Below are positions 30,313 to 40,600 of a DNA stretch of 58,157 nt, piece after piece. The position numbers and the translations under genes were made by a program. The notes below the pieces were generated by a model. That model worked only from the letters and a program-made list of their open reading frames with translations, did not search any database and was not told the DNA's origin. Numbering within the stretch: the first letter of the stretch is position 1; each line of letters begins with the position of its first letter. Source of the DNA: a virus (taxonomy: Duplodnaviria; Caudoviricetes); the IMG/VR virus record IMGVR_UViG_3300025127_000041, positions 1-58,157 of that record. One strand, 5' to 3'.

Positions 30313-31223
30313 AGTATAACTTAAGGTTTATATCAGCACAGCCTGCTACAGATTACTATGCATGGCAGGTAGAGGTATATATAAACAACTTTCTATCTAT
30401 GGGTTACAGTGACATCGATGTGGTGTCAGGTTTCCAGGATATGATACCAGACTCATGGGGTAAGCTTGTTTCGAGATACGGAGATAGGGTTAACTTTTAC
30501 TTCTACGAGGACACCTTAGGTAGTGTAAGGTATATACCTTCGATACAGGCACATATACTAAAGAAACACTTCGATGAGAATCCAAGCTCTGATGCGTTCT
30601 TCTTTCATGACTCTGACTTTATATTCACAAAGAGGCTAGACTTCAAACCATTCCTACAGGATCACAACTGGTACTTCTCAGACACGATTAGCTATATAGG
30701 GTACGAATACATAATGAGCAAGGGCGAGGAAGTTCTAGACGCCATGTGTGATATTGTAGGTATATCCAAGGATATAGTAAGAAAAAATCAAGATAACAGT
30801 GGTGGTGCACAGAAGCTTATGAAGAACCTAACATCTCAGTACTGGGCCAAGGTTGAGAGTGACAGTATAAGGCTGTACGAGAAGATGATCACCATGCAGC
30901 ATGTGCGTAAGCCTGAGGATCCTTATGGAATACAGTCATGGACGGCAAGCATGTGGGCAGAGCTTTGGAATGGTTGGCTGGCAGGACACAATGTAATAGT
31001 TCCCAAAGAGTTTGATTTTTGTTGGGCTACATGCCCATCATCCAGGTGGGATGAGGTGTACTTCTTTCACAATGCAGGGGTTCCAAACAACACACAGGGA
31101 ATGTTCTATAAGCCCGACTATGCATATAAACTACCTTATAATGAGGATCTAGATATATCCCCTGAGAGATGCTCCTATCACTACTACAACGAGATGAAGG
31201 CGGTCGACAGTTGTTTGCTTTAA
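30294..31223 (+). CDS. Putative GT-A glycosyltransferase resembling HPAT/SERGT1 protein O-glycosyltransferases
   Basis: YYAWQVEV, FFHDSDFIF (DxD), GGAQ.LM, WTASMWA, FHNAG; GTG start overlapping the Thr-rich gene. Confidence 0.65.
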   Translation: MLRLPVEYNLRFISAQPATDYYAWQVEVYINNFLSMGYSDIDVVSGFQDMIPDSWGKLVSRYGDRVNFYFYEDTLGSVRYIPSIQAHILKKHFDENPSSDAFFFHDSDFIFTKRLDFKPFLQDHNWYFSDTISYIGYEYIMSKGEEVLDAMCDIVGISKDIVRKNQDNSGGAQKLMKNLTSQYWAKVESDSIRLYEKMITMQHVRKPEDPYGIQSWTASMWAELWNGWLAGHNVIVPKEFDFCWATCPSSRWDEVYFFHNAGVPNNTQGMFYKPDYAYKLPYNEDLDISPERCSYHYYNEMKAVDSCLL

Positions 31224-31241
31224 TTTTGTTAAATTTGTATT

Positions 31242-32006
31242 ATGGCAACTATAACGTACTCCACATGGACGAAAGGATGGACATCCTTCTGGTCCTATGT
31301 GCCCGACTGGATGATCGGTCTGAACAGCAGCTTCTACACCTTCACAGAGGGTAAGCTGTACAAGCACAACGACAACACCACAAGAAATAACTTCTATGGC
31401 GTTCAATACCCTTCAACGGTGACCACGGTATTTAATGATGAGCCGATGCAGATGAAGGTCTTTAAGACGATATCAGAGGATTCAAACAAGCCATGGAAGG
31501 CGACCATAGATACAGAGCTAAACACCGCAGAGATGGATGTAACGTACTTTGTACAAAAGGAGGAAGAGTGGTTCGCATACATAAGAAGAGTGGACAACAC
31601 GATAGACCTTAAGGCTGTATCTACACAGGGTATTGGTAACGCTACAAGTATAGACAGCTCTACTGCAAGTGCGGTAGTGGTAACATTTGGATTTGATTTA
31701 AACAAGTCTATAAGTATAGGCGATGAGCTATACAAGATGGGTGTCACGGGTACCAACCCTCCAATATCTGACGGGACGATGGTTCTTATAGGGACTATAA
31801 CTGGCCTTACAGCTACAACTATAACTGTAAACACAACAGCTGGAGTTATTCCTTTGACTACTGATTTTTTGATAGGCGTAAAGAACAGCCAGGTCGAGTC
31901 ATATGGAAGCAGAGGTTTCTTTATGTCTGTAAAGCTTGAGAACAACGACACCACTCAGGTGGAAATGTTTTCTATAGCCAGTTCAGTATTCAAAAGTTTT
32001 CCGTAA
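31242..32006 (+). CDS. Muzzle/stabilisation protein, C-terminal part (split gene)
   Basis: TITYS...GWTSFWSY.P, LYKHN, NNFYG, KVFKTI, FVQKEEEWFAYI; own promoter TAAATTTG at 31230-31237. Confidence 0.6.
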   Translation: MATITYSTWTKGWTSFWSYVPDWMIGLNSSFYTFTEGKLYKHNDNTTRNNFYGVQYPSTVTTVFNDEPMQMKVFKTISEDSNKPWKATIDTELNTAEMDVTYFVQKEEEWFAYIRRVDNTIDLKAVSTQGIGNATSIDSSTASAVVVTFGFDLNKSISIGDELYKMGVTGTNPPISDGTMVLIGTITGLTATTITVNTTAGVIPLTTDFLIGVKNSQVESYGSRGFFMSVKLENNDTTQVEMFSIASSVFKSFP

Positions 32007-32015
32007 ATTTGTTAA

Positions 32016-32417
32016 ATGGAAGTTAGGTTCTTAACATCTGATGATTATGAGACGTTATCGTCATGGTGGAAGGACTGGAGATGGACACCCCCTCCTAAGG
32101 ACATGCTGCCAGAGAATGGTCTGGGAGGCGTCATGATCCACAAGGATGGGAAAGAAATTTGTGCTGGTTTTGTATACTTCACAAACTCATCGGCCGCTTG
32201 GCTGGAGTTTATAGTGTCAAACTTTCACTACAGGGAGGACGATAGGCAGGAGGCTATAAGGTTTCTGATCAACGTACTCACTGAGCTTATTAAGGACAAG
32301 GGTTCTTATAAATATATTTACACCTCTCTAAAGAGCAAGAGCTTGATAGACAGGTACGGGGAGTGTGGCTTTAAGATGGGTAGCACGAACTGTAACGAAA
32401 TGATAAAGGTATTATAA
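32016..32417 (+). CDS. GNAT-fold protein
   Basis: ICAGFVY, WLEFIVSN, YGECGF; position before the ejection proteins. Confidence 0.6.
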   Translation: MEVRFLTSDDYETLSSWWKDWRWTPPPKDMLPENGLGGVMIHKDGKEICAGFVYFTNSSAAWLEFIVSNFHYREDDRQEAIRFLINVLTELIKDKGSYKYIYTSLKSKSLIDRYGECGFKMGSTNCNEMIKVL

Positions 32418-32418
32418 T

Positions 32419-33045
32419 ATGGCAGCAGTAACATCAACAATAGTGGCACTTGGAGGCGTAGGCTTAAGTGCTGCACAGGCCATAAAGGCAAACAAGCAAG
32501 AAAAAGCGGCAAATAGAGAGGCCGTAAAGGCAGAGGCCGCTATGCGTAATGTAAAGGAAGAAAACATGTTCAAGCAACAGCAGGTTCCTACGCTTGGCTA
32601 TGATTTAGCACAAGAGTCTCAGGCACAGAGAGATATATCTACAATATCAGCACTTCAAGGAGCTGGTGCTGCAGGTGTTATCGGTGGGATAGGAAAGGTA
32701 GCACAGGCTGGTGCAGCGGCAGACCTACAGCTTGCGGCACAAGCAGAGCAGGCTCAGTTCAAGAGAGATACACTTCAGTCTCAGGCAGCTCAAGGTATCG
32801 AGCAGAGACGTGCTGGTAGAGAGTTCGGAATAGAGGGCAACAGGCTGGCAGGTGCCCAGGCAGCAGCACAGGCGGCACAGGCTCAGAAGAATCAAGCCTT
32901 TGAGGGAATGTTTAGCGGTTTGCTTGGTGCGGCAGGATCGGCACAGCTTGCAGGTCAGGCAATGGGAATGGAAGGTAATTATCTTGACAACCTTCAAAGC
33001 ATACAACAAACAAATCTACTTGCCGCTGCAGGTACTAAATCATAA
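32419..33045 (+). CDS. Internal virion / DNA ejection protein (Ala/Gln-rich)
   Basis: Hydrophobic Gly/Ala N-terminus and A/Q-rich helices, typical of pilot proteins. Confidence 0.6.
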   Translation: MAAVTSTIVALGGVGLSAAQAIKANKQEKAANREAVKAEAAMRNVKEENMFKQQQVPTLGYDLAQESQAQRDISTISALQGAGAAGVIGGIGKVAQAGAAADLQLAAQAEQAQFKRDTLQSQAAQGIEQRRAGREFGIEGNRLAGAQAAAQAAQAQKNQAFEGMFSGLLGAAGSAQLAGQAMGMEGNYLDNLQSIQQTNLLAAAGTKS

Positions 33046-33047
33046 TT

Positions 33048-34619
33048 ATGTCAGAGAAAAGTTATATAGGTTACAGGGCACAATTAGGACCAGACTGGGG
33101 TAAGTTAACGTCAGAATTTGCACAGGGACTTTTAGATATCAGCGGACGAAGGGCCGCACAGAATATTTATTTCGACAGGGTAACAAAGGAAAATATTGAT
33201 TTTGTAAGAGAGAATGATGAATTTAGCGACCAGACACTTAATGACTTTGTTATGGGTGGAGCTACACAAGGGGTAAATAATCTATATGAAATAAATAAGT
33301 TAGTAAAATCTGGTAAATTAAATCATAATGAATATAGAATGTTTAACAACAGGTCTAACGAATCATTTAAGGCAGTAGCAGATGCAGCTAAAAACATAGA
33401 TGCAAATCTAAAAGAAATGAAGGACAGGCAGTTGATAGACGAGAATGGTATGCCAAAAGGATCTGTCATAGAGGAGAAGATGATGGAGTATCAGGCAGGA
33501 TTCTTAGATCTAAAAAACAGAACTCTATATCAAGACCCAAAGACTGGTCAGTTTTATTACGGTAAGTTAAATAGCGTTACAGGACAGGTAGAAGACCTGC
33601 AAGATCCTCAATCATTACTGAAGCCGATTAATCAAAGAGATAATTATTTTGATGCGTTTGGATTTGTAGAGAAAAGAAGTGATGCTTTAGGCAAGTTCAA
33701 AATAGCTGAGGTCAAGGACGTAGTTACAGGTAAAGACAAAAAAGGAAACGATATAGTTGTAAAAAAATATATAACGGAAGAAGGTAAAGAATTAAACCCA
33801 AGTCTAAATAAAGCCATAGCTGATACTCAGGAATATATATCTAGAGACGAAAGACTGGCATTTCAAACCCTTAAACAGATAGATGGCAGATATGAGCTAT
33901 TCTTTGACGATGATGACTATCGTAATCAGATGGACGAACAGATTGGTATAGAGAACAAGATAAGATATCAGGAAGGTCGTCCGCCAATGTCTGAAGATGA
34001 GTTAATAGATTTTGAGGAGAATCAACGTAGATTTATGGTTCCTTTCGAGCCTAACGCAGCTCAGGTAAGACAGCCCAGATTAAATAGAGAGCAGAATGAT
34101 GTTCTTCTTCAGGGTATAGAGGATATGTATAAATCAAACCTAAGCTATACCAGAATAGATCCTAAACCTACAACAACTAAAAAACCTGGAGGGGACAGGT
34201 CAAGTAAAAATAAGAAAGTCAATTATGATTTGTATGAGAGACTTTACAACGCTATAAAAGAAAAAGATTCAGACACCCTTAATCTTAGAAGTTTAGATAA
34301 AGATTTAAGGTTTGAAGTTTTAGAAGATGAATCTATAAACGTATATGACATGTCTGAAAATCTAGAAGGAGATCCGAAAGACGAATTAGTTTTTGAAAAT
34401 AAATCATTGTCCGATTTATTACAGTATTTCTATGGTAAGTCTGGAGCTACTGGTGGGGTTAAACCAGAGGCAACATACAATGCAGAGAGAGATGCATTCT
34501 ACAAGGCAAACCCAGGAAAAGAAGTTATAGCGATGGAGCAGACGGACGAGGTGATAGAAGAGCAGCAGCCACGTAGAAGTATATTTGATAGAATATTAGG
34601 AAGAAACAACCAAGCGTAA
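33048..34619 (+). CDS. Internal virion / ejection protein
   Basis: Position between pilot and giant protein; DWGKL N-terminal motif. Confidence 0.55.
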   Translation: MSEKSYIGYRAQLGPDWGKLTSEFAQGLLDISGRRAAQNIYFDRVTKENIDFVRENDEFSDQTLNDFVMGGATQGVNNLYEINKLVKSGKLNHNEYRMFNNRSNESFKAVADAAKNIDANLKEMKDRQLIDENGMPKGSVIEEKMMEYQAGFLDLKNRTLYQDPKTGQFYYGKLNSVTGQVEDLQDPQSLLKPINQRDNYFDAFGFVEKRSDALGKFKIAEVKDVVTGKDKKGNDIVVKKYITEEGKELNPSLNKAIADTQEYISRDERLAFQTLKQIDGRYELFFDDDDYRNQMDEQIGIENKIRYQEGRPPMSEDELIDFEENQRRFMVPFEPNAAQVRQPRLNREQNDVLLQGIEDMYKSNLSYTRIDPKPTTTKKPGGDRSSKNKKVNYDLYERLYNAIKEKDSDTLNLRSLDKDLRFEVLEDESINVYDMSENLEGDPKDELVFENKSLSDLLQYFYGKSGATGGVKPEATYNAERDAFYKANPGKEVIAMEQTDEVIEEQQPRRSIFDRILGRNNQA

Positions 34620-34620
34620 C

Positions 34621-37600
34621 ATGGCGGAAGATAATCCAATAGAAGGCTTAGATACCACTCAATCGGCATTTCAGCCAGTTGTTGATACAATGAATCAGGA
34701 TATCCTTGAGGATCTTAGTAGAACTACCACTACGACTACGATGTATATATCGGGTGACACATCTCAGTTTAACAAGCCAGAAGAACCAGAGCAATTAGAA
34801 GATCCTTATGGTATACGTGAGGCTGTAAATATATTTAGGGTTAGACAGTCTGATGCTGGAGAGTCGCCATCTGTTGGAGATATAAAAAAATTATTTCCAG
34901 AATCTAGTGCACAAGAAAGGCTACAGATAGAGTCCGCTTACCCAGATCTTTTTAAGGAGGATGCATCTTATAATAAGGTTTTAGATACAGAGTATCAGAA
35001 GGGTATCGAAAAAGGAATGTCTAGCTCACAAATACTAGATGACCTCGTAAAAAAACAAACAGGAACAAAGATAGGATTGATTGCTAGAAGGCCAGACCTG
35101 TTTAACGAGCAGACAATAAAAGAAGAAGAAACCAAGTTACGATTAGACACAAAGGAATTTCAGGAAAAGGAAAACAAAATAAAATCTTTAAAGGACGAGC
35201 GTGAGAACGCAAGTTTCAATAGAAAAAGAGGCATAGATATAGAGCTGGCTAAGTTGGAGGGTGATATAGAGATCTTAAGCAAGATGGCTAAAGATACTGA
35301 CTATAAGAAAGATAAGGCACTCTTTGATCTGGGTAGAAAAATTAGCGTGGATACACAAGACTTGTCAGAGGCAGACCTTGAGTCTATATCTAAAAAACTA
35401 GATCCAAACTATGTTGTACCCATATTAAACAACCCACAAGAGAAGAGTGTGTTTGAGATGACCAACACACTTGTGGGATCAACAGGCGGTCTAGAGATAG
35501 CTGATGATGACTTTATAGAGGTATACAAGAAGGGCAACTATGATCCTGAAAAGCATTCTCAGTACGACGAAAAACTATCTCAGGTAATAAATGGGTTTGT
35601 ATCTGAGGAGCTTCCTGTAGATATACATCAATCGTTCTATGATAGAAACAATATTTCTAAGAATGATTTAGTTCTAAGAAATAAGATGATAATCAGAAAT
35701 GTTCCAGACTTTAATCAGGGTAAGATATACTCGATAGAAGAGATGGAAGAGCTTGAAAAAAGGGCTGAGGAGAACTTAATAAATAATTATGGAGATATTG
35801 AGTTCGATGAATTAAAGATTATACTTGGTGACGACATAACACCTAAAGACGTATACAACAGAAGCCTTAGGTCCAGTATGTATACTAATTCAAAATTAAA
35901 CGATGCGATTGTTGTTGATGATGAAGAAGCAACACTAGAAAATTTACAGACACTGTTCCCTGAGTCGACAAGTTTGTTTAGGTTTGACACCAGAACAGAT
36001 GGAAAGAACTCTATCATTATAAGGACATTTGTAGCTGGAGAAGAGTTAAATTCAACTGAGATAAATTTAGATGAAGAAAACGAACCACTTAGAAAGATAA
36101 GAGACTTCATGTCTGGAGCAATGCCGCCTGCAAACGTGCAGAGAAAGATTATGGAGGTCGCTGATGGACAGGGTGAATTTATAAAAGAAGACGGAAGTAT
36201 AGATAAAGTTAAATTATCACTATACACTACAAAATATCCAGAAATATTTGGAGATGTTGACGCATATACAGCTGATGATTTATTAACTACCTGGGAGAAG
36301 TCTCCGTTTATGATTGACAAAGCTGACATAAGAAGAAACATAAGATACCAGGAATCACTTGTTAATAATTACACTGCAGAAGGAAGAAAGGATGTAGATC
36401 TAGAACAACTTCAATTATTAGATACACAGGCTGCATTGGCTGATCAGATTCATCAAGAAAAATTAATACAGAAAGGGGGCGGTTTAGCTGGTCTTAGCGT
36501 GTACAGTTACCTAGAACCTGTTGCCAGAATTGTAGAATTTTTTGATGATCAGGCAACAAATGTTCAGGGACTTTTTGGTTATGTGGATAGTTTAAGTGAT
36601 GAAGAGTATAAAAGTTTGAGAGCTAAAGGCCTTAGTGATGAAGACATAATAAGAACTGAAAAGGCCTATATAAAGGAAAAGACAGAGGCTAGTCTCAACA
36701 GAATAGTAAGTGGATTTAGCGGGGAGACACAGCAGAGTATAGCGGAGCAAGGTTTTCTTGCTGAAGCTTTTGCTACCGCAATACAATCTTTAACCACAAT
36801 GGCTGTAGGTCTAGGTGCAAAAATACCTACAATAACTGCGTTTGGAATTAGATCTCAGGTATCATTAGAGAATGAGCTTAAAGATACCGATCTGTCTGAC
36901 ACTGAAAAGTTTGCAATAACATTACCTATGGCTGTACTTGAAGGTGTTCTTGAGGAATGGGGGTTACAAAAAATATTTAAACCTGGGGTTACTGCTTCTA
37001 AAAAACTAATACTATCTAAAGCATTACCTAAGATAAAAAAAGGAGCAACTCCTGCACAGATAAAAAAATCTATACAAAGAGCTATTGAAGAGCTTTCAGG
37101 TGGGACGATAGAAAAGATAGGTAGGGCTGGTATTTATGAAGGTATGACAGAGTTTGGACAGACGGCTTCAGAGATAAATCTAAAGACACTTGCAAACAGT
37201 ATAAGCGAAAAAGATTTATTTAAGGACGTCCCTAACATGTTTACTCCTGAAGGTTTTATAGATGGAGTAAATCAAATAGGTAAAGCTACCGCTATGGGAT
37301 TTGTTGTGGGTTCTGGAATAAACACAGCCTCACAAGCAAAAAGTCTAGCTAATGGATTTAAAAAGTCAGACAACGATGTATCTATGGATGAAGCCTTTGA
37401 TATGATCACAAGCAATGATAGACGTGAAATATTTTTTGACAGGCTAGACCTAAGAGTACTGGCTGGGGAAATAACAGATGTTGATGCTAGAACCATAAAA
37501 GAAAATATTGATAAGGCTTACCCTTTAATGATGCAGATACCTGCTACATTTAGTAGTAATCAAAAAGAAGAAGCATACAACTTACTACTTGAAAAGCAGG

Positions 37601-40600
37601 AGCTAGAACAAGAGGTTAAAGATAAAAACAAAAACCTTGTGGTCGAACAGACCGAAAGAATAAATGAGATAGATAGACAGTTAGAATTAATAAGTAAAGG
37701 AGAATTAAAAGATGCCGTTCAAGAGTCAGAAACAAAGGAGGAAGTGTTACCAGATGAACAGCCCGAAATGGGACTGCAAGATGTGGGACAAGGAGACACC
37801 CAAGAACAAGAAGCTACCGAAGTACAGCAAAAAGAATTAGTAGATGATGATGTAGTCACGGAAGAGTATGTCAAAGAGTTAGAGGATATAAAGCAAAGTG
37901 ATCCTGAACAATACTGGAGTGTAGACAGTGTAAGCTTGGAAGATGCCAAGGAAGGTACGGTTATATCGGTAGAGGGAGGAAAGGGTATTGTCGGTCCTGA
38001 CGGTGACATAAAAGGTGTATTCAAATCTAAAGATTCTAAAGCTGAAAAGGTGGCAGATAAGATCTTGGAGGAAGCTGTTAAAAATGGGGGTACTAAGTTA
38101 GATAACTTTGACAACTATCTGACTCGTATATATAAACGAAATGGATTTAGGGTTGCAAGTAGAACACCCTTTAATGAGGAGTTTGCTCCTGATGGATGGA
38201 ACAAAGAAAAACATGGAACTCCCGACGTGGTTGCGATGGTTTACGATCCTGAATCTAAGTTGGATATAGAGGAAAAAACATTTGATAATCCTGAAACTGG
38301 GTATGATGAAATGATCGCATACAGAGATTCATTTATTGAAGCTCCCGCAGCAGAGCAGGTTACTGAAGATGTGGTAGAAGACATAACTCCTGAGTTTGCA
38401 GAAAATATAAAAAACATAGAGAAGCAGGCGGAAAACGCTAGAAGGGCTATATCTAAAGTATTGCCAGGTGTAGAGATAATCACACACTCTACAGAGGAAT
38501 CATACAGGAAGGCCACTGGTGAGACGGACAGTAAGAAGCAGGCCACTCGTGGTGAGTATAACCCTAATACAAAGACTATACACATCAATCAATCTAAAGC
38601 TAACAACAGAACGGTAGGTCACGAGGTATTTCATGCCGTGCTTTTAGAGAAGGTTAAAACAGATAACGCAGCAAAGGATCTTACAGATCGTATGATAAAG
38701 TCTGTTTCTAAAAACCTTGAGGGCATGCCTGAGGTCAAGGAGGCCTTGGATGAATTTGCTGCCAACTATGACCAGAACATACAGAACGAGGAAAAGCTCG
38801 CAGAGCTGGTAGGTATACTGGCAGGTAACTATGCACAGATGAACAAACCTAGTCAAAGTCTGATTAAGAGGTTTCTAGATCGACTGGCCAAGATGTTTGG
38901 ACTGAAGCCATTCACTGACGGTGAGGTGGTCGATGTTCTAAATGCAATAGCTGGTAAGGTTGCACTCGGTGAGGAGATCAGTGATGTGGACCTAAAGGTT
39001 ATTCCTTCACCAACCGATTCAAAAGGAAATTTAAAAACGCCATCAAAAAAATCACAGAATAATCTTAAGAAGAGAAAACAAAATATAATAGATGGAGTTA
39101 AGGATCAAGTTGTATCTGGAGAAATTGTTAGCACATCTTTACCAAATAAAGATGATGTTCATTCTAGTAAAGAATATGTAGTAGGTATATCTTCACTTGA
39201 AAAAATAGCTAATACAGATAAAAGAGCTAAGGATCAATATATTAAGATTGCTAAAGAGGCAGCTTCATACGGAATATCTAAAACTAAAGATGTAAATAAT
39301 TTTGAAGATGCTAAGAAAGTTATATCTGAGTTTAAGCAAGTTGTGAAGTCAAATTTAAAATGGCTTCATGACTCAGTAGATAAAGATGTTAGAGATATAT
39401 CTAAGTTATGGTATGACGGAGCTAATAAAATATCTAATGATTTAGCAAATGAATATGGGTATACAACAGAGCAAGTTTCTGGAGTAATGGCTGTACTAAG
39501 TCCTCAGATGGACTGGTTTAGAAATTTATCTTTAGGAGAAAGAGTTATTGATATATATAAAAATAATCAAGACTCATTGTTTGATGATAAAATGATAGAA
39601 TTCGTTGAAACAAAAACAACTGGTACTGGTAAAAATAAAAAACCTCTTTTTAAAAATAAAGAAGAAATAATATCAAGAGTAAAAAATAAAAAATTATCCG
39701 AACTAAATGCTAAAGATCAATCATATTTTATAAGAGTTTATGATGAAGTATATAATTCTAGAAACTATAATAACATAACTCCTAACGGAGAAATAAATGG
39801 ACTTGTTAGAACTAAAAGTGGTAACCCTGGTAAGGTTGGCTGGGGAGATTTTTCTACTATTGAAAAAGCTATATCTATACTGAATGATGGATCAGTAAAA
39901 AACATTTCTACAAATTTAGGTAATCAACATAAAGTAAGAAATTTCTTTAATAACATATCAAATCCTAATGATAAAAATGCAGTTACTATTGATACTCATG
40001 CTGTTGCAGCTGCATTATTAAAACCTTTATCAGGTAAATCAAAACAAGTAACTTATAATTTTGGAGGTGCATCAGCTGTATCTACTGGTATGACTGGAAC
40101 ATATCCCGTCTATGCAGATGCTTATAGAGAATTAGCTAATGAATTAGGTATTCTTCCTAGAGAAGTTCAAAGTATAACATGGGAAGCGGGTAGAGGTTTG
40201 TTTAAGGCTGTATTTAAATCTAACAAAAGCAATGAAGAAAAAATAAATAATGTTTGGAATCAATATGAGTCTGGAAGTATATCATTAAAACAAGCTCAAT
40301 CAAAAATAGACAAGTTAGCAGGAGGTATAAGCACGCCTGTATGGTATGAATATTTAGCTGATGAGAATGTTGAATCACTAGATAAAAACTCAGCAGCTTT
40401 AGATCAAGCGGCTTTAGACGAAGAGGTATCTATAGATGATCAGGTCACAACCCCATCCAAGCGTAAGCAGAAGGACGAAGGTCCTGTAGAGCCAAGGATT
40501 GACATCAGAAATCTGAAGAAGAAGTCTGATAAGAAGATCAAGGAGATAAACAAGGGTAAGGGCCCGATACTTAGAAGACTAAGAAGATCACTGTTCGACA

